DNA from: a virus
Lineage: Duplodnaviria; Caudoviricetes
DNA: 60,967 bases
Direction: 5' to 3' (one strand)
Virus record (IMG/VR): IMGVR_UViG_3300024331_000060
Location: 1 to 60,967 of that record
Numbering within the stretch: position 1 is the stretch's first letter; each line of letters starts with the position of its first letter. Below, piece after piece: positions 36,920 to 45,639 of the stretch. Both the position numbers and the translations under genes were made by a program. The notes under the pieces were generated by a model, which saw only the letters and a program-made list of their open reading frames with translations, was not told where the DNA came from and made no database searches.

Positions 36920-38385
36920 TTATGCTCGATTTCATCCAATGCACAGATTTCTACAAGACAGGCCACATCCATCAGATGGCCCCTGGGACTACTCGGCTTT
37001 ACGAGAACTGGACAGCCCGAGCACCACGAAGCCAAGGATGGGACTGGGTAGTCAATTTCGGACTTCAAGCGTTCCTGAAATACGATTTGACGGATTTGGC
37101 GAATAGGACGTTCTTTAGCCGGGCTCGCGGGGATGTGCTGTACGACTACCAGAAGCTACTTGATAACTCCCTTGGGCCATTAGGTCTAAGTATTGAGCAC
37201 ATCGGGGCATTGCACGATTTGCAATATATCCCTTTGGAGTTCTGTGCTCTGCCCGAGGGCGTGAAGGTCCCGTACCGTATCCCCATGTTTACGACTGAAA
37301 ACACGCATCCTGATTTCGCTTGGGTAGGGGGATACATAGAGACCCTTCTTTCGTCCCGGCTCTGGATGGCATGTACAAGTGCTACCACAGCCTTACGATA
37401 CCGTAAGCTACTGGACACCTACGCAGAGCTGACAGGAGGGTCTAAGGACTTCGTAGACTGGCAAGGGCATGATTTCAGTTTCCGAGGTATGGCATCTCCA
37501 GAAGCTGCAGCCCTCTCAGGTGCAGGACATCTTCTGTCCTTCACAGGAACGGATACCATACCGGCCATTAAACTTCTCCATGATTGCTACGACGGTAAAG
37601 GCATTATTGGCGGCTCAGTCCCAGCCACCGAGCATATGGTTATGTGTCTTGGAGGAGATGGAAATCACGACGAATTGCGTACATTTCGCCGACTTCTGCA
37701 GCTATATCCAAAAGGAATCGTATCTGTAGTATCAGATACTTGGGACCTGTGGTATGTATTAACTGCAATACTTCCGGCACTTCACGACGAGATTAAAGCT
37801 AGGGACGGTAAATTGGTTATCCGGCCAGATTCGGGCGACCCTGTTCTGATAATCACAGGCGATGCTTCAGAGCCTGCGAACTCTCCTGCACACAAAGGCG
37901 TAGTTCAATTATTGTGGGAACAGTTTGGTGGAACTTACAACTCCAAAGGATTCAAGGAACTGGACTCTCACATTGGTACTATCTACGGAGATTCAATCAC
38001 GGAGGAACGTGCTCGACAGATATGCGAGCGATTGAAAGAGAAAGGATTCGCGTCAACCAACGTAGTCCTAGGGATAGGCTCGTACACATACCAATACTGC
38101 ACTCGTGATACTCACGGCTTCGCAGTCAAAGCCACCTGGGCGGAGGTGAACGGCAAGGAGCAGTTCCTATTCAAGAATCCTGTTACGGACAATGGGACTA
38201 AGAAATCGGCCCGAGGAAGGCTCGCGGTCGTAGAATCGGACGGGGCTCTGCAGTTACTTGAAGGGCTCAGTGAGTACGGCCAGAAGCAGATTGAAGGTAA
38301 TCTACTTCAACCCGTGTGGGGAAACGGACGCTTCCTTAAGAGGCAGACTCTGGCTGAAATTCGAGCACGCCTAAGGTCAAGCTAA
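36916..38385 (+). CDS. nadV: nicotinamide phosphoribosyltransferase-like protein (candidate NARP1 Namat)
   Basis: TDFYK.GH, HDFSFRG, SVPATEH, VSDTWD, IRPDSGDP, IYGDSIT, KKSARG. Confidence 0.92.
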   Translation: MIMLDFIQCTDFYKTGHIHQMAPGTTRLYENWTARAPRSQGWDWVVNFGLQAFLKYDLTDLANRTFFSRARGDVLYDYQKLLDNSLGPLGLSIEHIGALHDLQYIPLEFCALPEGVKVPYRIPMFTTENTHPDFAWVGGYIETLLSSRLWMACTSATTALRYRKLLDTYAELTGGSKDFVDWQGHDFSFRGMASPEAAALSGAGHLLSFTGTDTIPAIKLLHDCYDGKGIIGGSVPATEHMVMCLGGDGNHDELRTFRRLLQLYPKGIVSVVSDTWDLWYVLTAILPALHDEIKARDGKLVIRPDSGDPVLIITGDASEPANSPAHKGVVQLLWEQFGGTYNSKGFKELDSHIGTIYGDSITEERARQICERLKEKGFASTNVVLGIGSYTYQYCTRDTHGFAVKATWAEVNGKEQFLFKNPVTDNGTKKSARGRLAVVESDGALQLLEGLSEYGQKQIEGNLLQPVWGNGRFLKRQTLAEIRARLRSS

Positions 38386-38387
38386 CG

Positions 38388-38432
38388 TAAGTTCTTGATA
38401 AACTTGACAATGGCAGTGGGATCTGCTATAAT
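38388..38432 (+). promoter_or_regulatory. perfect-consensus sigma70 promoter with an adjacent IHF site
   Basis: TTGACA(38404)-N17-TATAAT with extended -10 TG; TAAGTTCTTGATA at 38388-38400. Confidence 0.85.
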
Positions 38433-38481
38433 GGTTGTGTAAAGTGAGAATTGGTTCTCGCTTCTAACGGGAGACTGAGAA

Positions 38482-38718
38482 ATGCAGAAACATCAGGTTT
38501 TGATTATTTCGGAAGGCAAACTCATTGGTCCTTTCCCGAGCCAAGAGATTGCCCAGGGATGGATAGATGCTCCGCATCATGTGGACAGGAATTACGAGAT
38601 GTACTCCATCTGGGAGCGGGAGCCGGGAACTGCCGAAACTGCCCACGAATGTGGTAGTCGTCTGGTAGGCATTGACGAAGCGACCAAACAGACCGGCCGC
38701 AAGACTGCCGGGGCCTGA
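38482..38718 (+). CDS. hypothetical protein
   Basis: GGAG RBS; first ORF after the promoter. Confidence 0.6.
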   Translation: MQKHQVLIISEGKLIGPFPSQEIAQGWIDAPHHVDRNYEMYSIWEREPGTAETAHECGSRLVGIDEATKQTGRKTAGA

Positions 38719-38760
38719 TTTCCTTTAACGGCGCAATACCGCGTCATAGGAGTAACTGTT

Positions 38761-38955
38761 ATGCAATTGTCAGATCTTGGACGGGTAACGAAAGAAACCC
38801 ACGGGCAAGTCAATCAGCCTTTCCTTGAGGGCGGTTTACCCCCCTTCAACAAATGGGCTCCGTACGATGCGGGGAGGGCGTCACAGGTTACCAAGGGAGT
38901 CAACAATGCTCCTTGGTTTGAATTAGCTCCACCGCCGTTTACCACGCGGTTCTAA
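38761..38955 (+). CDS. putative tandem (two-core) lasso-peptide precursor
   Basis: AGGAG RBS; two 31-aa units DLGRVTKETH|GQVNQPFLE and DAGRASQVTK|GVNNAPWFE, each with Thr(-2), Gly1 and Glu9. Confidence 0.75.
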   Translation: MQLSDLGRVTKETHGQVNQPFLEGGLPPFNKWAPYDAGRASQVTKGVNNAPWFELAPPPFTTRF

Positions 38956-39100
38956 GGAGTCGGATAGCGGCCCCCGGCTGCGATTTGTTTTGCAATCTCC
39001 CACCAAGATGGCAGGCGGACCGGCCGGGGGTTCGCTTATAAAGAGATTTGAGGGTAGGTAGCTGTTACGCCTAGATGGTGGTCTGGGTAAGGCAGTTTGA

Positions 39101-39610
39101 ATGAAAAGCAAAAAGTCCCGGATTGATGTACCGGGATTTTCCTTTGGTGAAAAAACAGGGGAGTTTATCGATGTACCCAAGATTTTTGGAGGTAAACCGA
39201 CGCCTAAGCGATCCGGTCGTCCGCACTCGCTTAATGAGCAAATTGGCGCTCAAACGATCTCGCGTGCTCGTAAGGCATTACAGCTTGCTACTAGCATTGC
39301 TAAGGAAGATTACTTCCGAAGGAAAAGGTCCCGACAGCGGGAATTAAAACGGGCGATAACAAATAATTCCCTGCCCAAAGCGTGCAGTCGTAGATTTTTC
39401 GAGCATATGGGGACTGATGCTCGCTTCCTTTCGTATGAGGAAGACCCCGAATTGTTTATAAGTAAATCAAAAACGGCGTATGAAATTACTGACGGCTTTT
39501 GTCCAATGGTAACAACTACAAGTGCCCGTGAGGCGCTAATCATCTGCGCGTCTCTAGCGCGCTACGGTATCGCAGCCTACTTTAATAAGATCGCGGTACC
39601 CCGATCCTGA
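39101..39610 (+). CDS. basic hypothetical protein
   Basis: 169-aa ORF followed by a terminator. Confidence 0.6.
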   Translation: MKSKKSRIDVPGFSFGEKTGEFIDVPKIFGGKPTPKRSGRPHSLNEQIGAQTISRARKALQLATSIAKEDYFRRKRSRQRELKRAITNNSLPKACSRRFFEHMGTDARFLSYEEDPELFISKSKTAYEITDGFCPMVTTTSAREALIICASLARYGIAAYFNKIAVPRS

Positions 39611-39650
39611 CACCAAGTCGGTCGCAGCCAAGCTGCTGGCCGCATCTTTA

Positions 39651-39680
39651 AGCCCCAGGCACTTTGCTGGGGCTTTTTTA
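39651..39680 (+). terminator. intrinsic terminator
   Basis: AGCCCCAG...CTGGGGCT-TTTTT. Confidence 0.8.
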
Positions 39681-39689
39681 TTGTCTTCG

Positions 39690-39856
39690 TTCCGGGGGAC
39701 ACCTCCTGTGCAACCTTTCGCGCTTGCTTCCTAGGTTAAGGCAAAGGCTCGGTTGTATGGCAAGGGTCCCCCGGGACACGGTTCAGGCACTCTTCAAGTC
39801 CGGTCAATAGCGCGGAGTCGCAGCGCAACGGACTTGATAGGGTGCCTTTTTATTTG
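39690..39856 (+). ncRNA. candidate structured RNA: two long interrupted stem-loops, the second ending in a T-tract
   Basis: CCGGGGGAC/GTCCCCCGG with TGCAACC/GGTTGTA; AGGCAC/GTGCCT with TCAAGTCCG/CGGACTTGA. Confidence 0.5.
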
Positions 39857-39889
39857 CCCATATGGCCAAGCTAACGCTGGAGGTACGTC

Positions 39890-40045
39890 ATGACTACATC
39901 TCTCAAGATCCTTCTTACAGAACTTGTTCTGATAATTTTCTTTGCCCTTTTGTATAAAGGGTCAGGCAAACGGGGACATGCGACAGCATTTGGCCTACTG
40001 GTTATAGTCTTTGTAATCACGCTAATCATCAAAATATGGCTATAG
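39890..40045 (+). CDS. small two-TM membrane protein (not in ORF track)
   Basis: GGAGGT RBS; MTTSLKILLTELVLIIFFALL...IKIWL*. Confidence 0.6.
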   Translation: MTTSLKILLTELVLIIFFALLYKGSGKRGHATAFGLLVIVFVITLIIKIWL

Positions 40046-40257
40046 ACCGAACCTAAGGAGATAGTCCATGAGTTGGGAACAATACGGCTACATCCTGTGG
40101 CATCTACAGTCCGATATTCGGTTCTACCAGTGGTACGACAAGGGGTACAAGATATGAGTGATGATCGCTTCAAACAGATTATGAAAACGATTGACTTCGT
40201 TATCTTCGCAATCTGTGCTTTTGGAGTTTTTGGGTACATAGCTTGGAGGGTTACGGT

Positions 40258-40593
40258 ATGCGTGCACTAATGTGGGTACTAATCGCAGTAGCAGCAGTTG
40301 GCTCTTTGATCATAGGATTGACAGGCTGCCACCCCGTAGTAGCACAACCAGGAATAGCAGGAGGCTGCAATAAAGCAGGAATCTGCTGCTATGTTCTTCC
40401 GAGCGGGGACGCCCTTTCCTGCGTAGCAACCAAAGTTCAAATCACTGTTTCTCCTGGAGAAATCAAAGATGAAGTACAGTCAGGGTCTAGTCGAGTACCC
40501 GATAACCAAGGAATGCCGTCGGCTGTTAGAGAAGTCTCAGGTAGAGCGCTTGAAGGCCGACTTCTTCTCAACCCTGGATTTGGAGAACGATAA
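40258..40593 (+). CDS. putative lipoprotein, Cys-rich
   Basis: GGAGG RBS; signal peptide ending in lipobox LTGC. Confidence 0.55.
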   Translation: MRALMWVLIAVAAVGSLIIGLTGCHPVVAQPGIAGGCNKAGICCYVLPSGDALSCVATKVQITVSPGEIKDEVQSGSSRVPDNQGMPSAVREVSGRALEGRLLLNPGFGER

Positions 40594-40729
40594 TGGGACG
40601 ACATCTCAAAAGGTGGGAAAAAGCGTACATTCGCAAAGCTTTGGCTTTGAGGAAGAAACTTACCTATAAAGCCATCGCAGCCCGATTAGGTATCAACGTT
40701 CGCACAGTCGAGAGCTACAGAGAGTAATC

Positions 40730-40969
40730 ATGCCGAAGTTCAAGCAACCGCCAGTAAAGTACGACTACACAGTCCGGACCATTGCCGCCGTCAGAGGGGG
40801 GAAGTTCATTACGACAGGAGAGTTCAACTGCGAGTCCGGAGCTGATGCCCGTCAGGCTGCGGACCGGCTTCAGCGAGAGTTCGATGTGGATTGTGATCCT
40901 TGTCGGACTTACGTGTACAACAGTGCGGGTCCTTTGCCGGTGTATGCAGGTCTGGGTAGGAGGGACTAG
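40730..40969 (+). CDS. hypothetical protein
   Basis: ATG ORF with a GAGAG RBS-like sequence. Confidence 0.55.
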   Translation: MPKFKQPPVKYDYTVRTIAAVRGGKFITTGEFNCESGADARQAADRLQREFDVDCDPCRTYVYNSAGPLPVYAGLGRRD

Positions 40970-41066
40970 GTGCGCAAGCTTATCAGGCTACTTATGAGCG
41001 GATCTATTTGCAGTCGTTGTCGTGAAGTCTGGGTTCCCGGACATCGTTGCTGAAAAGAGGTAAATC

Positions 41067-41981
41067 ATGGCGGATATAGACTACGGACCGCGTATTGGTG
41101 CTGATCCTGAGTTGTTCGTTCAGGACAAAGAGGGCAAAGTAGTGCCCATCTGTGGAAAGGTGGGAGGTACGAAAGAGCAGCCTCTGGTAATCAACCATTT
41201 GATAGAGGCCCTCTATGGACGAGAGATGGATGCTCGTGGACGGAGTCCGATAGATCGGGAGGGAAACTACGCAATTCAAGAGGACAACGTAATGCTGGAA
41301 TTCAATGTCCCAGCATACAAGGATTACACTACTTTTACCGAAGCAATCAACAAAATGCTTACGGTTATTGAGGGGCCAGTTCTCAGCAAGCATGAACTTC
41401 GAATTAAAAACGAGGTCATGTACACATTTCGGGCAGAAGACATTGCCCCCTTTCCTCAGGCATTTACTGTTGGATGTACGCCCGACATAGACGCTTATGC
41501 GGAAAGTGAGCGTCTGCCGTTCAATGCTACGCATTTCGGCAATCACCGTTTCTGCGGCGGACACATCCACGTACAGTACAATCATCACAATGTCCCTCGC
41601 CACATCTTCGCTCAATTCATGGATGTAGTAGCCGAATTGCCATTCCTTCGATGGGACAGGCAGAAGATGCGACGGATGTTCTATGGTCAGCCCGGCCTAT
41701 ACCGAGAAAAGCCCTACGGAATTGAGTACCGGACTCCGTCGAACTACTGGCTCTCCAAGAACTTCCGGGACAAATATTTGCTCCAATTGGTGGACAATGT
41801 ACTTGCCTTGGGGCGGACCGCCAACAATGAGCCAGAGCAGCTCAAGAGTGCGTACAGTAAGATTGATTGGGGCGATGTTCAGCACGCCATCAAGACAGAA
41901 AACCACAAACTGGCGGACGAGATCATCGATTTCACCCGCACAAAGGTGGGTTTGTATATAAATCCTCCTGCAGTTAGGTAG
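41067..41981 (+). CDS. phiEco32-like COOH-NH2 ligase type 2
   Basis: IGADPELF, GGTKEQP, QEDNVMLEFN, GCTPD, GGHIH, YREKPYGIEYRTPSNYW. Confidence 0.9.
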   Translation: MADIDYGPRIGADPELFVQDKEGKVVPICGKVGGTKEQPLVINHLIEALYGREMDARGRSPIDREGNYAIQEDNVMLEFNVPAYKDYTTFTEAINKMLTVIEGPVLSKHELRIKNEVMYTFRAEDIAPFPQAFTVGCTPDIDAYAESERLPFNATHFGNHRFCGGHIHVQYNHHNVPRHIFAQFMDVVAELPFLRWDRQKMRRMFYGQPGLYREKPYGIEYRTPSNYWLSKNFRDKYLLQLVDNVLALGRTANNEPEQLKSAYSKIDWGDVQHAIKTENHKLADEIIDFTRTKVGLYINPPAVR

Positions 41982-41995
41982 TTGCAGGAGGATAA

Positions 41996-42676
41996 ATGCT
42001 TCCAATTCAAAGACAGTGTGATGTAGAGAATCTCTCGGACTTTGCGAGGTATTATCAGTCTTCCTGGGTGGGCTGGCATTCGGACAAGGAAGATAAAATA
42101 GTGCCTTGCTTCGTAGGTTCTATGCTGGACCATGAGCGCATACAGTTGCGGGCGTTATCTAAACTGGAAACTGGACAATTCCACATAGATACGGGCTTCT
42201 CCGCTACGTGGGAGGGTCTCAAAACTCAATTGGATTTTGGGGTACCAGATCTAGGGATGGTGCAAGACGGGCCTACGGTCTGGTTTTGCTCTTACTCCAC
42301 TCCACGAGTTCCCAAAAAGGGATATCGTTCCCGTGATACTCAGAATACGGATTTCAATAGCTGGGATATCCGTAGGAAGTACGTATCTCGAAATGGAGGG
42401 GATAGGTACGACTGGACTTGGTTTGTGTTCAATCCAGAACACTATACCTTGGAGCAAGCGGAGGATAAGCTTAATAAAGGAGAAGTAGTAGGAGTTCCTA
42501 TCAGCAGGACTCTCGCAGTCTACTCAGCCCCCAAGTTCAAAAATTCTCTGTTGGCCTACAAACGGTGGACAGTAGGTCACGTGGTAAATCCTTTCCTTAT
42601 CCACCTCAAGCGGGAGTACTCTGACTACGAAGAAGACATAGCCCGACAAACGGGGGCGGAGGTAATTGTACGATGA
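41996..42676 (+). CDS. hypothetical protein within the amide-ligase cluster
   Basis: AGGAGG RBS; 226 aa. Confidence 0.7.
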   Translation: MLPIQRQCDVENLSDFARYYQSSWVGWHSDKEDKIVPCFVGSMLDHERIQLRALSKLETGQFHIDTGFSATWEGLKTQLDFGVPDLGMVQDGPTVWFCSYSTPRVPKKGYRSRDTQNTDFNSWDIRRKYVSRNGGDRYDWTWFVFNPEHYTLEQAEDKLNKGEVVGVPISRTLAVYSAPKFKNSLLAYKRWTVGHVVNPFLIHLKREYSDYEEDIARQTGAEVIVR

Positions 42677-42771
42677 CGACAGTATTTGCAGCAGGAATTG
42701 CTGCGGGTTTAAGTTCTTGTCTACTTTTGCTGCTGCTATGGTGGTTAAATTTTTGGAATAATGATCTATGA
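42673..42771 (+). CDS. 32-aa single-TM peptide
   Basis: ATGA overlaps at both ends; GGAGGT RBS. Confidence 0.5.
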   Translation: MTTVFAAGIAAGLSSCLLLLLLWWLNFWNNDL

Positions 42772-44033
42772 GTCTTGCAAGAATTTTGGGGAAGTCTAGA
42801 GGACGACAGTCCTTCATTTCCGATCCTCGATGGGTACTACCTACATCTTTCATTGGACTGGAGCATGAGTATGAGGGAGTCAAAGATCTCACGTTGCCTG
42901 ACCATACCTTCGCAGATTTCTGGACTTACCACGAGGAAGGTAGTCTTAAAGACCACGGCGCAGAGTACGTCTTTGCTACACCTCTATTCGGAGTTGATGC
43001 GTACAATGCCCTCGAATGGCTTGTTGCGCATGCCAAGGATTCTGGATGGAAGTGCACAAAAAGGACTGGTATACACGTACATCTCGATGTAAGAGATCTT
43101 ACCGTTCCACAGTTGGCAGGGATGAGTATCGTATACGCTGCTGTGGAACCTCTGCTCTACCACTGGATAGGGGATGGCAGGGATAGCTCCCACTTCTGCA
43201 TTCCCTTGTACCGCGCGGATGAGGCCCTCTTAGGGACTTGCTCAATCATACGTTGTGCTTTCAAGGACGACAAGACAGACGGTCACAGCACTCTAGGGGA
43301 GGCTGAAGCTTTTCAAAGGTATGCAGGCTACAATCTCCAAGCACTGCATAAGTTTGGCTCTGTCGAATTCCGACAGCTCCAGACCACTCATGATCTGGGT
43401 CGGATTACGGATTGGATCAATATCATCATGTCTCTTAAGGCGACAGCGTTTAAGTTGCCACAAAGTGATGGTGCCGTAGTCCGTATGCTGCAACACATGG
43501 GAGCAAAAGAACTCCTCCACTACATCTTTCCTTCTCATCTGGCAGAAAAGCTGTATACCGATAAGTCCGAGGAACAGCTATTCGTAAGAGGTCTTCCGTC
43601 TGCCCGGGACATAGCAGTCCACGGATGTTCGAATGATATGTGGATAAAAAGGGACTTTCCGAGGGGACAGCACGAAGGTTTTGCAAAATGGATGAAAGAT
43701 GCCAAAAATGCAAAATATTCTCCAGCGGCAGAAGAAGAAATGCAGGAACCCGTGGACGAGATAGACTTTGATGATGTGGAGGAAGATGTAGCGCCAGTTC
43801 CAGATTGGCGTGCTCCGGGGGCTCCTGCTCCTATTGGCGGAGTTGAACTTCGGCTAGAAGCACAACGAGCCCTTGCAGGATTTGATGCGGTTTTCAATCG
43901 TATCCAGCCGCCCAATCCTCAGGGGCTCAATGTCAACATCGGCGCAGCAGATCCTTTTGGTCTTCCTGTAGGTGATAGAGTACGTGTAAATCAACCACCT
44001 ATATTTCGTCGTCGTCCGGCCCGTCCTCGATAA
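42768..44033 (+). CDS. putative amidoligase (Amidoligase_2-like)
   Basis: IGLEHE, EEGSL...GAEYV, RTGIHVHLD, RY.GYNL, GSVEFRQ. Confidence 0.85.
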   Translation: MSLARILGKSRGRQSFISDPRWVLPTSFIGLEHEYEGVKDLTLPDHTFADFWTYHEEGSLKDHGAEYVFATPLFGVDAYNALEWLVAHAKDSGWKCTKRTGIHVHLDVRDLTVPQLAGMSIVYAAVEPLLYHWIGDGRDSSHFCIPLYRADEALLGTCSIIRCAFKDDKTDGHSTLGEAEAFQRYAGYNLQALHKFGSVEFRQLQTTHDLGRITDWINIIMSLKATAFKLPQSDGAVVRMLQHMGAKELLHYIFPSHLAEKLYTDKSEEQLFVRGLPSARDIAVHGCSNDMWIKRDFPRGQHEGFAKWMKDAKNAKYSPAAEEEMQEPVDEIDFDDVEEDVAPVPDWRAPGAPAPIGGVELRLEAQRALAGFDAVFNRIQPPNPQGLNVNIGAADPFGLPVGDRVRVNQPPIFRRRPARPR

Positions 44034-44063
44034 GAATCAATAAGTTAGGAGAGTTTCGATACA

Positions 44064-45629
44064 ATGTGTGGAATTATTGGCGTAGCGTCTAGTGAAGGTA
44101 TGAAAAGTCGTTTGAGTCGGCTGCAGTTCCTGAAGATGGGACTGGATATCGACTCTTGGCGAGGATGGGAGAGCACAGGTCTAGCCTTAGTGCCTGAAGG
44201 TCTCAAAGACGCTCCGATCGTCTACAAACGTGCATTGAACGGTCGCGATTTCATTCAACTCAAAACTGTGGATAAGCTCCTCAATGACATCGAAAAGTAC
44301 CCTATTGCCATCGGTCACAATCGTGCTGCCACTACTGGGCGTGGTAATATTACTGATCATAATGCTCATCCCTTCCAATACGGTAATATTACTCTTGTAC
44401 ATAACGGACATATTAGGAATACTGATGATCTCAAAGGAGCCCACCAAGGAGCAGAATGTCTAGTAGATAGCGCCCATGTCGCGTTCTCTATGAATGCGAA
44501 CGGGGAGAAGGAGACCTTGGAGTCGGTCGATGGCGGTTTTGTATTCGTCTGGTGGAACTCCGAGAAGGGACTTCTCAATATTGCCCGGAATACGGAGCGT
44601 CCGCTCCATATGGCCTTCGCCGCGAAAGAGAATACTTTCTACTGGGCATCCGAGCTTACCGAACTATTGCATCTACTCAAGGATGTTACGATAGATGAGG
44701 AAATTGGTATCTTGTATCCCAAGGCGTGGAACTGGTACCAATTCAAACTCGAAAATCTGCGGGAGTGGACCCGCGTCCCTTTTGTGAAAAGCCAAGGACG
44801 GCTGTCTCCCACTACACAGACTGGCCAAACAACTGGCGGGCGCACCAGCAGCCATACCGCCGGAACTCCGTGGACGGACGAGGAATTAATGGAGTGGGAG
44901 TGGGAGCAACAGGGACTGATGACAACGGAGCGAGCTACAGTGTCTACGGGTCGGATGTCTAAGAAAGAAACAGACGAAATCGAGGAAATTCGTCAACGAG
45001 CTGCAAATCAGCGACTCAAAGATATTAAGCAGTCAGGCATTCCTACCTCCAAGAAGCGAGTATTGCGGGCAACCGCAGAACTGGCAAAGCTGGGAATTCA
45101 ATACCAGGGTCTTCGAAATTGCATTGCCATGACGTGGTGCAAGTATAAGAATCAAGGAAATCTTGGTTCCGTAGTTGCTAGGACTAAGAAAGAAGGCTAC
45201 ACAGTGGAGGTACTTCAGGTCCGTTACGAGCAGTACCTAGACTACAAACGAGCAGGAAATCTCTTGGTAGACTGTGTAAATGTCCGGACTAGCGATAAAA
45301 ATGAGCCAAAGATCATTGGTGTTGTGAACGGTAGAATGAAACCTTATTTGGCCAAAAAGAAAGAAGAGGAAGAAGCTGAGAAGAAAAACGGAGGCTCTAC
45401 GAGCCGCGACTATTGCGGACCTCATGGTCAAAAGGTAACTTTAGCTCGATTCTTGGAGATAACAGACACTGGTTGCGCTAATTGTCTGCGCGACTTGGAT
45501 GCCAAGCAACACGAAGAAATAGTTTGGGTGGGACATCCAGCTAGTCCCCTGTGCAAAGATTGCGCAGAAGACCCTAAAGTAATGGAGCTATGCGGTATGC
45601 CGCAACGAATCGAGCTTGGTATTCACTAG
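44064..45629 (+). CDS. class II (Ntn) glutamine amidotransferase with a C-terminal Zn finger
   Basis: MCGIIG, RG.ESTG, GHNRAAT, NAHPF, HNG, VDS; CANC...CKDC. Confidence 0.88.
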   Translation: MCGIIGVASSEGMKSRLSRLQFLKMGLDIDSWRGWESTGLALVPEGLKDAPIVYKRALNGRDFIQLKTVDKLLNDIEKYPIAIGHNRAATTGRGNITDHNAHPFQYGNITLVHNGHIRNTDDLKGAHQGAECLVDSAHVAFSMNANGEKETLESVDGGFVFVWWNSEKGLLNIARNTERPLHMAFAAKENTFYWASELTELLHLLKDVTIDEEIGILYPKAWNWYQFKLENLREWTRVPFVKSQGRLSPTTQTGQTTGGRTSSHTAGTPWTDEELMEWEWEQQGLMTTERATVSTGRMSKKETDEIEEIRQRAANQRLKDIKQSGIPTSKKRVLRATAELAKLGIQYQGLRNCIAMTWCKYKNQGNLGSVVARTKKEGYTVEVLQVRYEQYLDYKRAGNLLVDCVNVRTSDKNEPKIIGVVNGRMKPYLAKKKEEEEAEKKNGGSTSRDYCGPHGQKVTLARFLEITDTGCANCLRDLDAKQHEEIVWVGHPASPLCKDCAEDPKVMELCGMPQRIELGIH

Positions 45630-45639
45630 GAGTTCATTC

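Noticed and set aside
44064-45629. Ntn amidotransferase as the lasso cyclase
   Set aside because: It lacks the Asn-synthetase C-terminal domain with the SGGxDS loop that lasso cyclases use.
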